64,000 nucleotides of DNA from Eledone cirrhosa (lineage: Eukaryota), in assembly GCA_964016885.1 (NCBI GenBank), contig CAXHJY010000159.1, positions 1 through 64,000 on the forward strand, given 5' to 3'. The translations under genes were made by a program, and so were the position numbers. Each line of letters opens with the position of its first letter. The first letter of the stretch is position 1. Below the pieces are notes generated by a model. The model made no database searches and was not told the DNA's origin. It saw nothing but the letters and a program-made list of their open reading frames with translations. This document shows positions 1 to 19,065 of the stretch, piece after piece.

Positions 1-198
1 ATCTGTTTGTGGGGAATCTAGAAAGAGTGTTGGACTGAAACATTATTTGAAACTGCGAATAAACATCTACTGCGAGAGGCCCTCATTGTTGCAGGTTCTG
101 TGCAAGTGCGTGCAAGTCCCTAGCAGGACTTAAACCACGCCCATGATATTCATGCTTAGGGGTAAATCTATTGCATAACTCGAAAACGATTTGCAACC

Positions 199-7560
<7,362 letters not shown>

Positions 7561-7622
7561 ATATTTGTGCATATAGCTGCACATGAAAGTGTATGTATGT
7601 CTCTCTCTCTCTCTCTCTCTCT

Positions 7623-7711
<89 letters not shown>

Positions 7712-8029
7712 TATCTACGCACATAATTTTAAATGAGATTTGAATGTGAGTATGAAAAAAAATACTGTAGTTATATAATTAGCTGAACATACGCACATGA
7801 TATGTATATTTGTATAAATGGAACACGTGGGCATTATAGTAAAACGCCTGTATTACCAACTAATAGAATAAAAGGTTTTTTAAGTCTGTTTTAAAGAGTT
7901 TTATTGCGTTTCTTTTTTCTTCATACTAAACTGTCTTCTATATATTTTATTGATTTTATTGTTAATATCATCCTCTATGCTATGCAATTTCATTTGTACC
8001 TCCTTAAATTGGTATGTGTAACGCTGGTA

Positions 8030-8080
<51 letters not shown>

Positions 8081-8690
8081 AAGCCATATATGTGAAAGTT
8101 AGACTTCTTGATTCTCTCACTATTATTTTTTGCTTTTAAGAATGTAAAATTTGTTGAATTCATGGAGTGAATTATTGGTCATTGAGTCTACAATGATTTG
8201 CATTTCCCGGATGTAATTATCTTGAGGTATGTATGTAGTTAAAGAACACAACAGCGCTGAGGAAATAAATGTATCGTTGTACGATGCTCAAGCACAAAAA
8301 TAGCTACAATTACAGTCAGTTGCTCTAAAACAGCTTATAAAAAATCACATAAAGACCCCTTAGAAACAGAAAAAGATGTCTGTGGACGCCACGATGAATC
8401 GAACTTCGTATTTCAGATACCGGCTGAATGCTCTTATTATTTGTCTACGAGGCCTCTGACAACATCTTATCGTCTAAATTAAAGAGCTGAATCAAACAGC
8501 TTTTGAAAATGTAAACATATATCGTGCGTAACGTAATTGCTTATACCTTCCTGAGCTGTCACAGAGACAATTAAAAGAGAAAAATGAAACAGCAATTTAT
8601 TCAATATACACACACACACGCACACGCACACACACACGCATACACACACACACACACAAATATATGTATATATATATATATATATATAAA

Positions 8691-8910
8691 ATAATTGTTT
8701 CTACTTTGGACACAAGGCCAGCAAATAGCCAGTGCATTACTGGTACTTTATATCAAATAATTGTTTCTACTTTAGGCACAAGGCCAGCAATTACCCAGTG
8801 CATGACTGGTATTTTATTTTATCGACCCCGTAAGGATGAAAGGCAAAGTCAACCTCGGCGGGATTTGAACTCAGACCTTAAAGGGACGTATCTATGCTGG
8901 AAAGCATGGC
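8691..8910 (-). mobile_element. tRNA-derived SINE family A, with internal partial tandem duplication
   Basis: Reverse complement of the copies at 9121-9631 and 36968-37156 (GAGTTCAAATCCCGCCGAGGTTGACTTTGCCTTTCATCC...GGTCGATAAAATAAA). Confidence 0.85.
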
Positions 8911-9120
8911 AATGTTAGTTAAGACGGTATTAAATCACCATATGCTGAACCACTTCATTACTGGGTGGAGGTGCATGACCACCGGCATATCACAATTACT
9001 GCATAACTGCACCAATGCTTGCGTATGTAATAACTATGTAACAAATAACTATGTAACAGAAATATATATGATGCAATAAACAATTATGGTGATTTGATCC
9101 AGTCTTAACTACCATTATTT

Positions 9121-9631
9121 GATGGTGGATTGGCAGTATCGGTAGAGGGTCGGACGTCATGCTTTCCAGCATAGTTATGTCCCTTTACGATCTGAGTTCA
9201 AATCCCGCCGAGGTTGACTTTGCCTTTCATCCTTACGAGGTCGATAAAATAAAGTACCAGTAATGCACTGGGTAATTTCTGGCCTTGTGTCTAAAGTAGA
9301 AACAATTATTTGATAAATGTAGTTTCATCCTTACGGGGTCGATAAAATAAAGTACCAGTAATGCACTGGATAATTGCTGGCCTTGTGCCTAAAGTAGAAA
9401 CAATTATTTGATAAATGTAGGATTTGATAAACGGAGGATTGGCAGTATCGGTAGAGGGTCGGACGCCATGCTTTCTAGCATAGTTACGTCCCTTTACGAT
9501 CTGAGTTCAAATCCCGCCGAGGTTAACTTTGCTTTTCATCCTTACGGGGTCGATAAAATAAAGTACCAGTAATACACTGGGTAATTGCTGGCCTTGTGCC
9601 TAAAGTAGAAACAATTATTTTATAAATGTAG
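9121..9631 (+). mobile_element. Tandem cluster of SINE family A (full + 3' half + full)
   Basis: A-box-like TGGCAGTATCGG and B-box GAGTTCAAATCC. The body GCCTTTCATCCTTACGGGGTCGATAAAATAAAGTACCAG is repeated three times. Confidence 0.88.
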
Positions 9632-9701
9632 TGATTTGGTTCGCTGAAGCATGTTTATCATCAGGAAGTTACTACGTAATAACTAAGATAAACAACACTC
9701 T

Positions 9702-9733
<32 letters not shown>

Positions 9734-9748
9734 ATGAATTAGAAGGCA

Positions 9749-10315
9749 GTATGTTATTAGGTAATCCTGTGATACGTATTTCGATGGCATATGTTATGTA
9801 ATAATCAGACACGATCTCATCAAACAGTACATTACTTATATAGTCATTAGTAATGTGATCTTTGATTCGGTATACTAGCTGACGGGCTTACTGTTGTTTC
9901 TTCACCACTCAACTAGCAGGAGTTACCCAAAGATGTCTTTCCTAGCTCGCATCACTGAGGGCGTGGCTTTTCATTGGTCTATATTTCGAGGTGGTTCGTA
10001 TTAACATGTTTCGTCATTTTTTGGCGTCAAACTAATGAATTGGCCATTCATTATGATATTGTGATAATACGAACCACCTCTAAATATTGACCAATGAAAG
10101 GCCACGCTCTTAGTGATGCAAAAAAAAGAAATACATCTCTGGGTAATACCATATGTTAGCTGAGCGGTGAAGAATCAACACCTAAGCCCGCCAGCTGCTA
10201 TATTGGTTGGATATTTATATCACTAATGATTATCATTAGTCTGATGAGATCGTGTCTGATTATAACATAACATATGCCATCGAAATACGTTTTACAGGAT
10301 TACGTAACAACATAC
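9749..10315. mobile_element. Foldback/MITE-like element with about 250-bp imperfect inverted arms
   Basis: GTATGTTATTAGGTAATCCTGTGATACGTATTTCGATGGCATATGTTATG mirrors CATAACATATGCCATCGAAATACGTTTTACAGGATTACGTAACAACATAC. Pairing continues inward to about 10003/10066. Confidence 0.7.
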
Positions 10316-10551
10316 ACCAGACTGTCCTAAAAATAGCCGAAAATCGATTTCATCTCCAGAGAGAGGTGAAGCCAATCTGGCGACGCACTAGTGTTCTGCT
10401 AAAGTAACTGCTATGAAATTTACAGCAACATAACAGGACAAGATTATCAAGGTAATTTGACGGGAAGGTGTTCAAAATATAAGCATTTCGCTCGATCAAC
10501 CAAAGCGCACAACCGATCAAATCAAATTATCGGGAGTAAATTATAAATTTA

Positions 10552-11705
10552 CGAGGGGCATTCAAACAGTTCATGGAAAAGTTAATGAAAAGAAACTATC
10601 TTATGTAAAAGCTTTATTTCTTCACATAAGCATCACCAACATCAAGGCACTGTTGTAAGTGATGATACTAGCCGTTTAAACTGTTCTGATAGAACTGAAA
10701 ATCCTGAGAATTTAACTGTGTCAAATTAACATTTTTACAATTGGTTTTAGGAAATAAAAACAAAATCAGAAGTGCTAAATCAGGATTATACAGTGGATAT
10801 CTAATAATTTCCCATCAAAATTCCGACAAGGTTCCCTTTGTGTGACGAGAAGAATTAGCAGGGTCATTGTCATGGTGAAAAAACTCTCTGATGAAGTTTT
10901 CTGTGGCACTTTTCTACTAAATTTCTAGCAAATTTTCTCAAAACTTTTTCATAATAAGCAAGTGTTACTGTTTTTTCTTTCCTCTAAGAAATCAACTAAC
11001 AAAATACCCTCAGCATCCCAAAAGACACCTTTCCTCTTGGGCGATTCACTCATGGCTTGACTGGACCCTCTCCACTTTGGGGTAACCGTTATTTTGACTG
11101 AGTTTTGTTTCCAAGGTCATACCGGTAAAGCCATGTTTCATCTCCAATCACAATTTGCCTTAGAAAGCCTTCTGGATTTTGATCCCATTTGTTTAAAAGA
11201 ATGTTCTTCTCTTCTTTATTGTTGACTCGAGGGCAGAACGCTTGCAGAGCGGGCAGAGCGCTTACTCAGCTTTAATTTATCACTTAAAATTGTGTGAAAT
11301 GAACCAACCAAGATATCTAAAGTGTGAGCTATTTTTTGCTGCTGTTAATCGTCGATCTCCATGAATAAAATCTCGAAAAGCATCGATGTTTTTCTTCACA
11401 AACTGATATTGATCCGTTCATCATCTTCAGCACCGCCATGTGCTTCTTTGAAAATAGTTATCCATTTGTAAATTGCTAATTATTTTAAGGTTATTATCTC
11501 CATAAACATTTTTAAAAGTTTCAATAATGTCCTTTTACTTCCAACTAAGGTGTTCCATAAATTTCAATTAATTTCTTCAAATTACATCCAGATTAGACAG
11601 ATTAGAACACAGATGTGCATGTTTAAGTTGCTGAAGGCAAGTAGCAAAATATTTGCATGGTCCTCCTATAAAAAACATTTTCCACTAAATGTTTGCATGC
11701 CCCTC

Positions 11706-11706
<1 letters not shown>
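10552..11706 (-). mobile_element. Decayed mariner DNA transposon (HSMAR2/irritans-like)
   Basis: TIRs CGAGGGGCATTCAAAC / GTTTGCATGCCCCTCG flanked by TA. Minus strand encodes IVIGDETWLYRYDLGNKTQS (about 11100-11154) and FHHDNDPA (about 10857-10880). Confidence 0.88.
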
Positions 11707-11760
<54 letters not shown>

Positions 11761-11786
11761 AGCATGTATATATATATATATATATA

Positions 11787-11864
11787 CAGGGTGTCCCCCA
11801 AAAAATGTATACACACTTCAACAGCATTCTAATAAAAAAAATGCGATATACATTTTTGGGACAC

Positions 11865-11868
<4 letters not shown>
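11787..11868. mobile_element. 82-bp Tc1/mariner-type MITE inside (TA)n
   Basis: TIRs CAGGGTGTCCC / GGGACACTCTG with TA on both sides. Confidence 0.75.
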
Positions 11869-11910
<42 letters not shown>

Positions 11911-12169
11911 CAGTCGCGCCTTCATAATATATATATATATATACCTGTATTGGGCACAGAGACCCCAGTAGCATAATTAATGATAACGATCCAGACGATA
12001 ATAATAACAACGACATAAACACCAACGACCACCATCAGAACGATACTAACAATTTCGAACTCGACAGCAGAGACAACGTTATCAACCAAGGTGGTTTAAT
12101 ACGCTTGAAGATTGGAACTAACAATACACCAGGCGACAATAACAACACCAACCGCAACTGCAACTTCAA

Positions 12170-12500
12170 TAACCCAAGAAATTGTCCATTGGAAAGAACC
12201 TACGATAGAATATTGTATGGAGCACTGTCAGAATCCCGGACACAACCAAAGCATACATAGGCACAGCTACCAGCTGTTTCAAAGCACATTTTTATTCGGA
12301 CACTTATTCGTTTGGAAACAAAGCTAAATTAAATCTAACTTCATTGTTTAAGCATATTTGGAAGTTAAAAACCCCGAATACACCCTACCAACTAAAATGG
12401 AATAATGTAGCTAAGGCATGATTCTCCAGCAGTAACAAACGTGATTATGACCTCTATATCGATAAGGCCTGTGCACTTATCCATGTATAGGAAATTTGAG
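12170..12500 (+). pseudogene. Decayed Penelope-like element GIY-YIG endonuclease remnant
   Basis: Frameshifted NCPLE...TKAYIGTATSCFKAHF...KHIWKLK...YQLKW, homologous to the GIY-YIG segments at 32150 and 44750. Confidence 0.7.
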
Positions 12501-12784
12501 CAGGCACGAGGCAACTGCTATGCCTCAACACTGCTTCCATAATTAACCACCATTAACACGATAGCTCTATTAGAAGATTATTCAGATATACCACACATAT
12601 ATGCACACTAGAACTCAGCCATTCTAACACTAAACTGCAATACGCTCCCGGTGCCGTATATAAGCATACGTACAGGTAACATACCACATTATTAGGCAAC
12701 ATGGCCTGACCTATACTTCCCCTGCTGCCGAGATTCTACATATATGACTGACTACATGTAAGGCACTACTTATATGATAAAACA

Positions 12785-12942
12785 TTGGCAGGGACGTTAC
12801 TTAAGGCTCCTTAAAACGCTTCGGTATTCGTTCTGACTCAGTACACTCTCAGTTAAAATCCCGCCATGAATTATTTGCCTTTCATCCTTTTTATGTCAAA
12901 AAATCTAGTTCCACTCAAGTACTGAGGTTGATTCTTCCCCAG

Positions 12943-12987
<45 letters not shown>

Positions 12988-13103
12988 TATATTGAGAGAG
13001 AGAGAGAGAGAGGGGGGGGGGGGGGAGAATTAACCTCAGTACTTGAGTGGAACTAGATTTTTTGACATAAAAAGGGTGAAAGGCAAATAATTCATGGCGG
13101 GAT
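12785..13103. repeat. Decayed SINE-A fragment with a local inverted duplicate (12858-12940 vs 13021-13103)
   Basis: Arms are near-identical reverse complements, separated by (CT)(TA)(GA)/poly-G. Confidence 0.85.
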
Positions 13104-13199
13104 ATATATATATATTTTCCAATCGATCGACTTTCGTCAAATCGGACCGTGGAAACAATGTTTCCGTTGGTCTTTCCAATTGCTAATACTATCTATCGG

Positions 13200-13337
13200 T
13201 CGCAACTCCAGGTAGAAGGAGCAACGTGAAATAAAATGTCTTGCTCAAGGACATAACGCATCGCCTGGTCCAGGAATCGAACTCACAACCTTACGATTGC
13301 GAATCCAATTCTCTAACCACTCAGCCACACGCCTTCA
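13200..13337 (-). mobile_element. CORE-type SINE family B, 5' part
   Basis: Minus strand has a tRNA-like head (GTTCGATTCC) and CORE-like TGTCCTTGAGCAAGACATTTTATTTCACG, matching 23436-23775. Confidence 0.8.
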
Positions 13338-13343
13338 TATATA

Positions 13344-14074
13344 TATAAAGAATGAATATATCTAGTAACATATATATACATACAGATGCAGATCAATGCT
13401 AGCAAATATATAGGTTTTGTCTTAGTAACTTTGTGGTTCAATGCATGGGGTTGCAGAACAATAATATGAGAGACGTAAAATAAGAAAATTATAAAATTAA
13501 CTTACTTACTAAAATTTCACTCCCAACTAATTAGTTTCTGAAATGGAATAAATATATTTTCCGAAGAAGATATAGAGAATCATTTCGTCGTCAGGGAAGT
13601 CTATTCTCAGCTAAGTTTCCAGGCAAATCGTGGACTCTGGAAAACTTATACAAAAATAATTCAGTGGATAGAAAATAGCAAAGCGTGGACCGAATTCCTA
13701 GCCATTGAGAAAATCACTGCCTACTGCGTCGGTGGCAAATTCAAAAAGAATCAATCACGTGACATCGAGGTTAATCAGTGGAAAGTGGTTTGTTAAGAAG
13801 ACGGCGGCGTGCCTGCTACCATAGCAGCAGTCTTGGCCAATATTGCTCGACAAATAATTTGGAGATAATTATAAAGAATTAATATATCTAGTAACATATA
13901 TATACATACAGATGCACATCAATGCTAGCAAATATAGACTTCCCTGACGACGAAATGATTCTCTATATCTTCTTCGGAAAATATATTTATTCCATTTCAG
14001 AAACTAATTAGTTGGGAGTGAAATTTTAGTAAGTAAGTTAATTTTATAATTTTCTTATTTTACGTCTCTCATAT
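13344..14074 (-). mobile_element. Non-coding HHR-containing element: 526-bp unit with direct repeat plus inverted arm, in (TA)n
   Basis: Direct repeat 13344-13410 = 13870-13936; inverted repeat 13464-13604 vs 13934-14074; TA tracts on both sides. Confidence 0.8.
13938..14019 (+). ncRNA. Type I hammerhead ribozyme motif (mirror copy at 13519-13600, minus strand)
   Basis: ACTTCC-CTGACGA-c-GAAATG...CATTTC-a-GAAA-CTAATTAG-TT-GGGAGT: stem I, core, long stem II, palindromic stem III, GUU cleavage triplet. The basal pair of stem II is a C.A mismatch. Confidence 0.75.
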
Positions 14075-14089
14075 ATATATATATATATA

Positions 14090-14163
<74 letters not shown>

Positions 14164-14400
14164 AAAGAATAGAGGTGTAACACACGAGTTGTGATATATT
14201 GGTAAAAGGAAAAGAAAATGCTGACAAATTGTTCCCAGTGAAAAATAGTTTAATTAGGAATAAGTAAAAATTAGTAATAAGTATTGGTTAGTATTCAGTT
14301 TTAGTTGTAAATTTTTACCGGTTGCGCATTTCTAATGCTTTTCAAAAATAATTTTGAGATAGAGCGCCTGTGATGTTTGTTCTAATATATATATATATAT

Positions 14401-14929
14401 ACAAGCAAATTATAAATGTAAACATGTAAGTATGTTTTTGAAACGGTGCGCGAGTTTGAAAATTAGAAATTAGAAATTATAAGCTTTCACCGTATTTTAG
14501 ACTAAAGAAATTTCTAGCCTGATAGTGGGGTTTATAACCCTCGGAGAAATAGAAAAAAAAGATGAGTGTTGCCGTACATGGGAGTCGAACCCACATCTTT
14601 GGTTATCCAGACCAATGTGCTACCATTACACCAATACACATCCCGTCTCCCTCCATTTGAATTAGAAGCTATGAACTTAGCAAGTGAATGATAAACAAGC
14701 AAATTATAAATGTAAACATGTAAGTATGTTTTTGAAACGGTGCGCGAGTTTGAAAATTAGAAATTAGAAATTATAAGCTTTCACCGTATTTTAGACTAAA
14801 GAAATTTCTAGCCTGATAGTTCGACTCCCATGTACGGCAACACTCATCTTTTTCCATTTCTCCGAGGGTTATAAACCCCACTATCAGGCTAGAAATTTCT
14901 TTAGTCTAAAATACGGTGAAAGCTTATAA

Positions 14930-14937
<8 letters not shown>
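14401..14937 (-). mobile_element. Non-coding 294-bp unit with direct repeat plus inverted arm, carrying a tRNA-like gene, in (TA)n
   Basis: Direct repeat 14401-14526 = 14695-14820; inverted repeat 14469-14590 vs 14819-14937. Confidence 0.8.
14570..14640 (-). pseudogene. tRNA-like sequence (Gln-like D arm, folded anticodon GGA) followed by an oligo-T Pol III terminator
   Basis: TGGTGTAATGGTAGCAC; TTGGT-CTGGATA-ACCAA; GTGGG-TTCGACT-CCCAT. Acceptor stem imperfect; T8 run about 9 nt downstream. Confidence 0.7.
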
Positions 14938-14973
<36 letters not shown>

Positions 14974-15499
14974 GAAAACGAAAAATCAGGGATGCATCGG
15001 AACTCAATTTATTGCGTATTACAATTGTTTCCCCGGCGAACAGCGCGAGGAGCGAGCCGTGTTTGGATCGACCTGACTATATATATAGTAATAATAAAAT
15101 GTGAAGACTAAAATCCAAAGAGGGCTCGATGAGGATAAATATATATAAAATATATAAGAACCCTAAAATATATATATGGAAGAAATCTGTTGTCTTCAGA
15201 TCTGGAGAGGGGTGGGCTCCGTCAGGTTTTAAATGGCAAAAATACACTGTGTGTCAGGACGGCGTCCCTACGACTATATAAGAACTTATTATCTTATATT
15301 ATAAGGAGTCTAGACAGATACACACAACGTCCACCCCACCTCTGACATACTAAGACCAACCAATACCACCCGTGACAACACTTTCAGGGCTATCAGCATA
15401 TAATACACCACATGAAACAGCATATAGACTGTACACTATAACAAAGCAGACACACACACATACACACACACACACGCACACGCACACGCACACACATAC

Positions 15500-15541
<42 letters not shown>

Positions 15542-15879
15542 ACACATACACACACACACACGCACACGCGCACGCACACACACACACATACACACACATA
15601 CACACACACGCACAGAGTCACACAACAAATCAAATCATCACTAGTTAGCTAAAACTTGTCTAATGGAGGTGTACATATATTGTACATCACGATGAGGCTC
15701 AGGTTGATGACGCGCCAAAACTATATATTCTCACTAGCCAACTCTTGCAAATTCGTCACAAGCCAATTTCTTAACACTTTCGTAACAATAATTCTGATAA
15801 AAACACTCTGTATTTGAATTAATCAGTGAAGAATCTGAGGGGATTTATTAAAACTATTTTCATTAGTAAGATCATATCT

Positions 15880-16330
15880 AACGCAGTGGATTGGCAGTAT
15901 TCGTAGAGCATCGGACACTCTGCTTAACGGCATAGAGTTATGTCCCTTTACGTTCTGAGTTTAAATCCCGTCAAGGTTAGCTTTGCCTTTCATCCTTACG
16001 AGGTCGATAGAATAAAGCACCAGTAATGCACTGGGGTCGATTTAATCAACTTACCCCCTCTCCCCAAATTGCTGGCCTTGTGCTTATAGTAGAAATCATT
16101 ATTAATATTATATTTAGGACGGTAGATTGGCAGTATCGGTAGAGCGTCGGACACCCTGCTTCACGACATAGAGTTATGGCCCTTTATGTTCTGAGGTCAA
16201 ATCCCGCCGTGGTTAGCTTTGCCTTTCATCCTTACGAGATCGATAAAATAAAGTTCCAGTCAATTTAATCGACTTTTCTGCCCCACAAATTGCTGGCCTT
16301 GTGCCTAAATCAGAAACCATTATTAAGATT
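15880..16330 (+). mobile_element. Two tandem SINE family A copies
   Basis: Two heads (GATTGGCAGTAT) and two GCCTTTCATCCTTACGAG..CGATA bodies. Confidence 0.85.
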
Positions 16331-16612
16331 ATATTTGAATATAACAAGAGTTTTTATATAAAATTATTTTGGAAGATTTTTAATTGAGAAAAGCCCCTTT
16401 TAAATTGGTGACTTTGTTAGATAGAACTAGGGGCAATTTTGGGCGGGTTAGTATCGAAAGGATTAAAATGTTGACTCTCCAGCTATGTCGTTAGGAATTT
16501 CACGCATAGCATCACATGACCTCCATAGTACAACGTGGTCCAATGCAGTAAATATACAATTTTATTCAGTGCTTATGTATGTTTTGTTTTCATAAATATA
16601 TATTTTTATACA

Positions 16613-17455
16613 CGAAGGTCGGCTGAAAGGTTCATAGGCTGGAATATGACCAAATGAGGTTTATTTTTCAACATAGTTCCCCTTGCGGTTCACATACTTA
16701 TTATTAATAACAGATATGACATCATCACTACTGAGATACTGGTTCACAGCCAAGTGTTTTTTCATGTTGGGGAACAGATGATAGTCAGATGGGGCAAAAT
16801 CAAGAGAATAGGGACGGTGATCAATCAGTTCAAATCCACATTCATGCACAGCAGCCATTGAAACCAAGGACTTGTGTGCTGAAGCTTTGTCCTGATGAAA
16901 TAAGACACCTTTCGTCAGTTTTCCTGGGCGTTTCGTCATGATAGCCTTTCGTAACTGCCCAGCAAGTTGTCATAGAACTCTCAATTGTGCATCCAAAAAC
17001 ACTGATGCCATCACCTTCCCTGCAGATGAAACGGTCTTGGCTTTTTGGTGCAGTTGAGCAGGTGAGTTTCCGTTGCATGAATTGTCTCTTTGTCTATGGC
17101 TCAAAGTGATTAATCCAGCACCCCTCATGAATTCAGCTGTCCACTTTTGCACTGGTGATAAAGCTGGAGCGTCATCCATTAATGTAGCAACCATGTCAGC
17201 ACGAATACCCATGGGCGCCAAACTGTTTTTCTGTAGTTACTTGATAACGGCACAATGCCAAATTTTGTCGATTTTCAAGAGAAATCGCTATAAGTTATTT
17301 TTGAAATCTTCTTTGAACAGTCACATGTCAGTTTACCAGAAGGAAAAAAACAATGCAGTTATTAATAGGAAGAGTTGAAACTAATGTATGCAAGATTTCA
17401 CAGCTCTAGCGTTGCTTTTTCATGGTCATTCTGTGTACTTTTCAGCCCACCCTCG
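16613..17455 (-). mobile_element. Internally deleted mariner transposon
   Basis: TIRs CGAAGGTCGGCTGAAAGG / CTTTTCAGCCCACCCTCG-TA. ORF fragments SAGKVMASVF, LFHQDKASAH and PYSLDFAPSDYHLF (YSPDLAPSDY motif). Confidence 0.9.
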
Positions 17456-17754
17456 TATATATCTTTATATACTTTTCGCTTATAGTTTAGGATTCCACAA
17501 GGAGTAACATTCAGACATTAATGCCAGTTTGAAACTACAAACATCTCATAGTGAAATTCAGTGATATAATAATGTTGTATATATTATTCAACGATCTGGC
17601 AGATAACATGTTTTTACTTGCTTAATTACACACATGTTTGTGTGTATGTGGGTGGGTATATGTGGGGGTGTATGTGTGTTTGCGTGTGTTCTTTACCAGA
17701 AGAAAAAGCAATGCAGTTATTAATAGGAAGAGTTGAAACTAATGCATGCAAGAC

Positions 17755-18010
17755 CAACTTAAGCGAGCTTTCAAAAGCTGCGACCACAGCAACTGGGAAT
17801 CTGATGCGCAGTACAGGGAGCTTTGTAGGAAGGTGAAAACGTGTATAGCATACTTTGAGTTATCGAGAAAAGACGCCCTCGAGGCGAAGAAACAGGACTA
17901 ACTGACGGAAAAAAGCTCTGAAGCCCCACCCATCGCCATATATCCAATACTCAAGATGCCCCAGGCTCTTTCGTGCACAAATTAGACTGATATCCCACCT
18001 ACGGGTGATT
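17755..18010 (+). mobile_element. RTE-clade LINE 3' end remnant
   Basis: WESDAQYRE...FE..R...[16 protein letters not shown] resembles the RTE C-terminus. Confidence 0.6.
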
Positions 18011-18073
18011 AACAGAGGGAAACTTATCTTCTATACTCTGACAAGTGTCAATAATATTATATATATATATATA

Positions 18074-18139
<66 letters not shown>

Positions 18140-18144
18140 CACAC

Positions 18145-18183
<39 letters not shown>

Positions 18184-18189
18184 TACATA

Positions 18190-18236
<47 letters not shown>

Positions 18237-18482
18237 GTTTTAAGTATTTCCGTAGAAAAGGTAAAGGAAATAAGAGGGCTCTGTGTATAGTACAGAGCTA
18301 TTTAATTACATAATAAACAACCCAATATAATTATTCCATTACCAAAGGTTTCAAGAAACTAGACAATCTTTACAGAAACGTCTAGTTGTTTATTATGCAA
18401 TTATATATATATATAGGAACAAGTAGGACCCCGACAGCTGAGCTCAAGCCGTTTCGACGGCTAATTCTGGACTCTAATTCTG

Positions 18483-18556
<74 letters not shown>

Positions 18557-18683
18557 AGAAGCAAAAAATTGCTCATTGTGATCCAGTTCTTGGTTAAGAA
18601 AGCCAGTTTCATTGATGGTTTCAACGTACGGTTAGAGGTAACCCCACAAGTTTGTAAGAATTCTGTTCAATCTTGGAGTATAA

Positions 18684-19034
18684 AGTATAAAAGAGAAAAC
18701 ACAGGTAAGCATTAAGAGAAGGATCTTATCCAGGTATTTACGACCGTTTCATTGGTAAGTGCAACCTTATATTGATATACTGCAAATAGCAGCCACTCAA
18801 TTATAATTGTTGTTCACAGTCCAAATTTTCAACGAAAAAAAAAAAAAAAAAAAAAATCTTTAAAAAAAATTTTTTTTTTTTTTTTTGAAAATTTGGACTG
18901 TGAACAACAATTATAAATTGAGTGGCTGCTATTTGTAGTATAGCAATTTAAGGTTGCACTTACCAATGAAACGGTCGTAAATACCTGGATAAAATCCTTC
19001 TCTTAATGATAACCTGTGTTTTCTCTTTTATACT
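18684..19034. repeat. About 150-bp inverted repeat (18684-18832 vs 18885-19034) with decayed HHR, PLE pLTR-like
   Basis: Arms are near-identical. Plus arm reads TTGAAAA-t-TTGG...CCAA-t-GAAA-CGGTCG-TA; poly-A/poly-T spacer. Confidence 0.75.
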
Positions 19035-19065
19035 ATATATATATATATATATATATATGGGGAGG

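Noticed and set aside
14512-14556. CTGATAG...GAAA on the plus strand as a hammerhead in the tRNA-bearing unit
   Set aside because: The core deviates from CTGANGA and there is no stem III or UH site.
8691-16330. Repeated tRNA-like heads as tRNA genes, or repeat-spacer patterns as CRISPR
   Set aside because: These are SINE heads lacking complete cloverleaves; eukaryotic context with no regular repeat-spacer array or cas genes.
17692-17753. 62-bp direct repeat of 17332-17395
   Set aside because: A small extra fragment of the adjacent mariner 5' region with no further structure.
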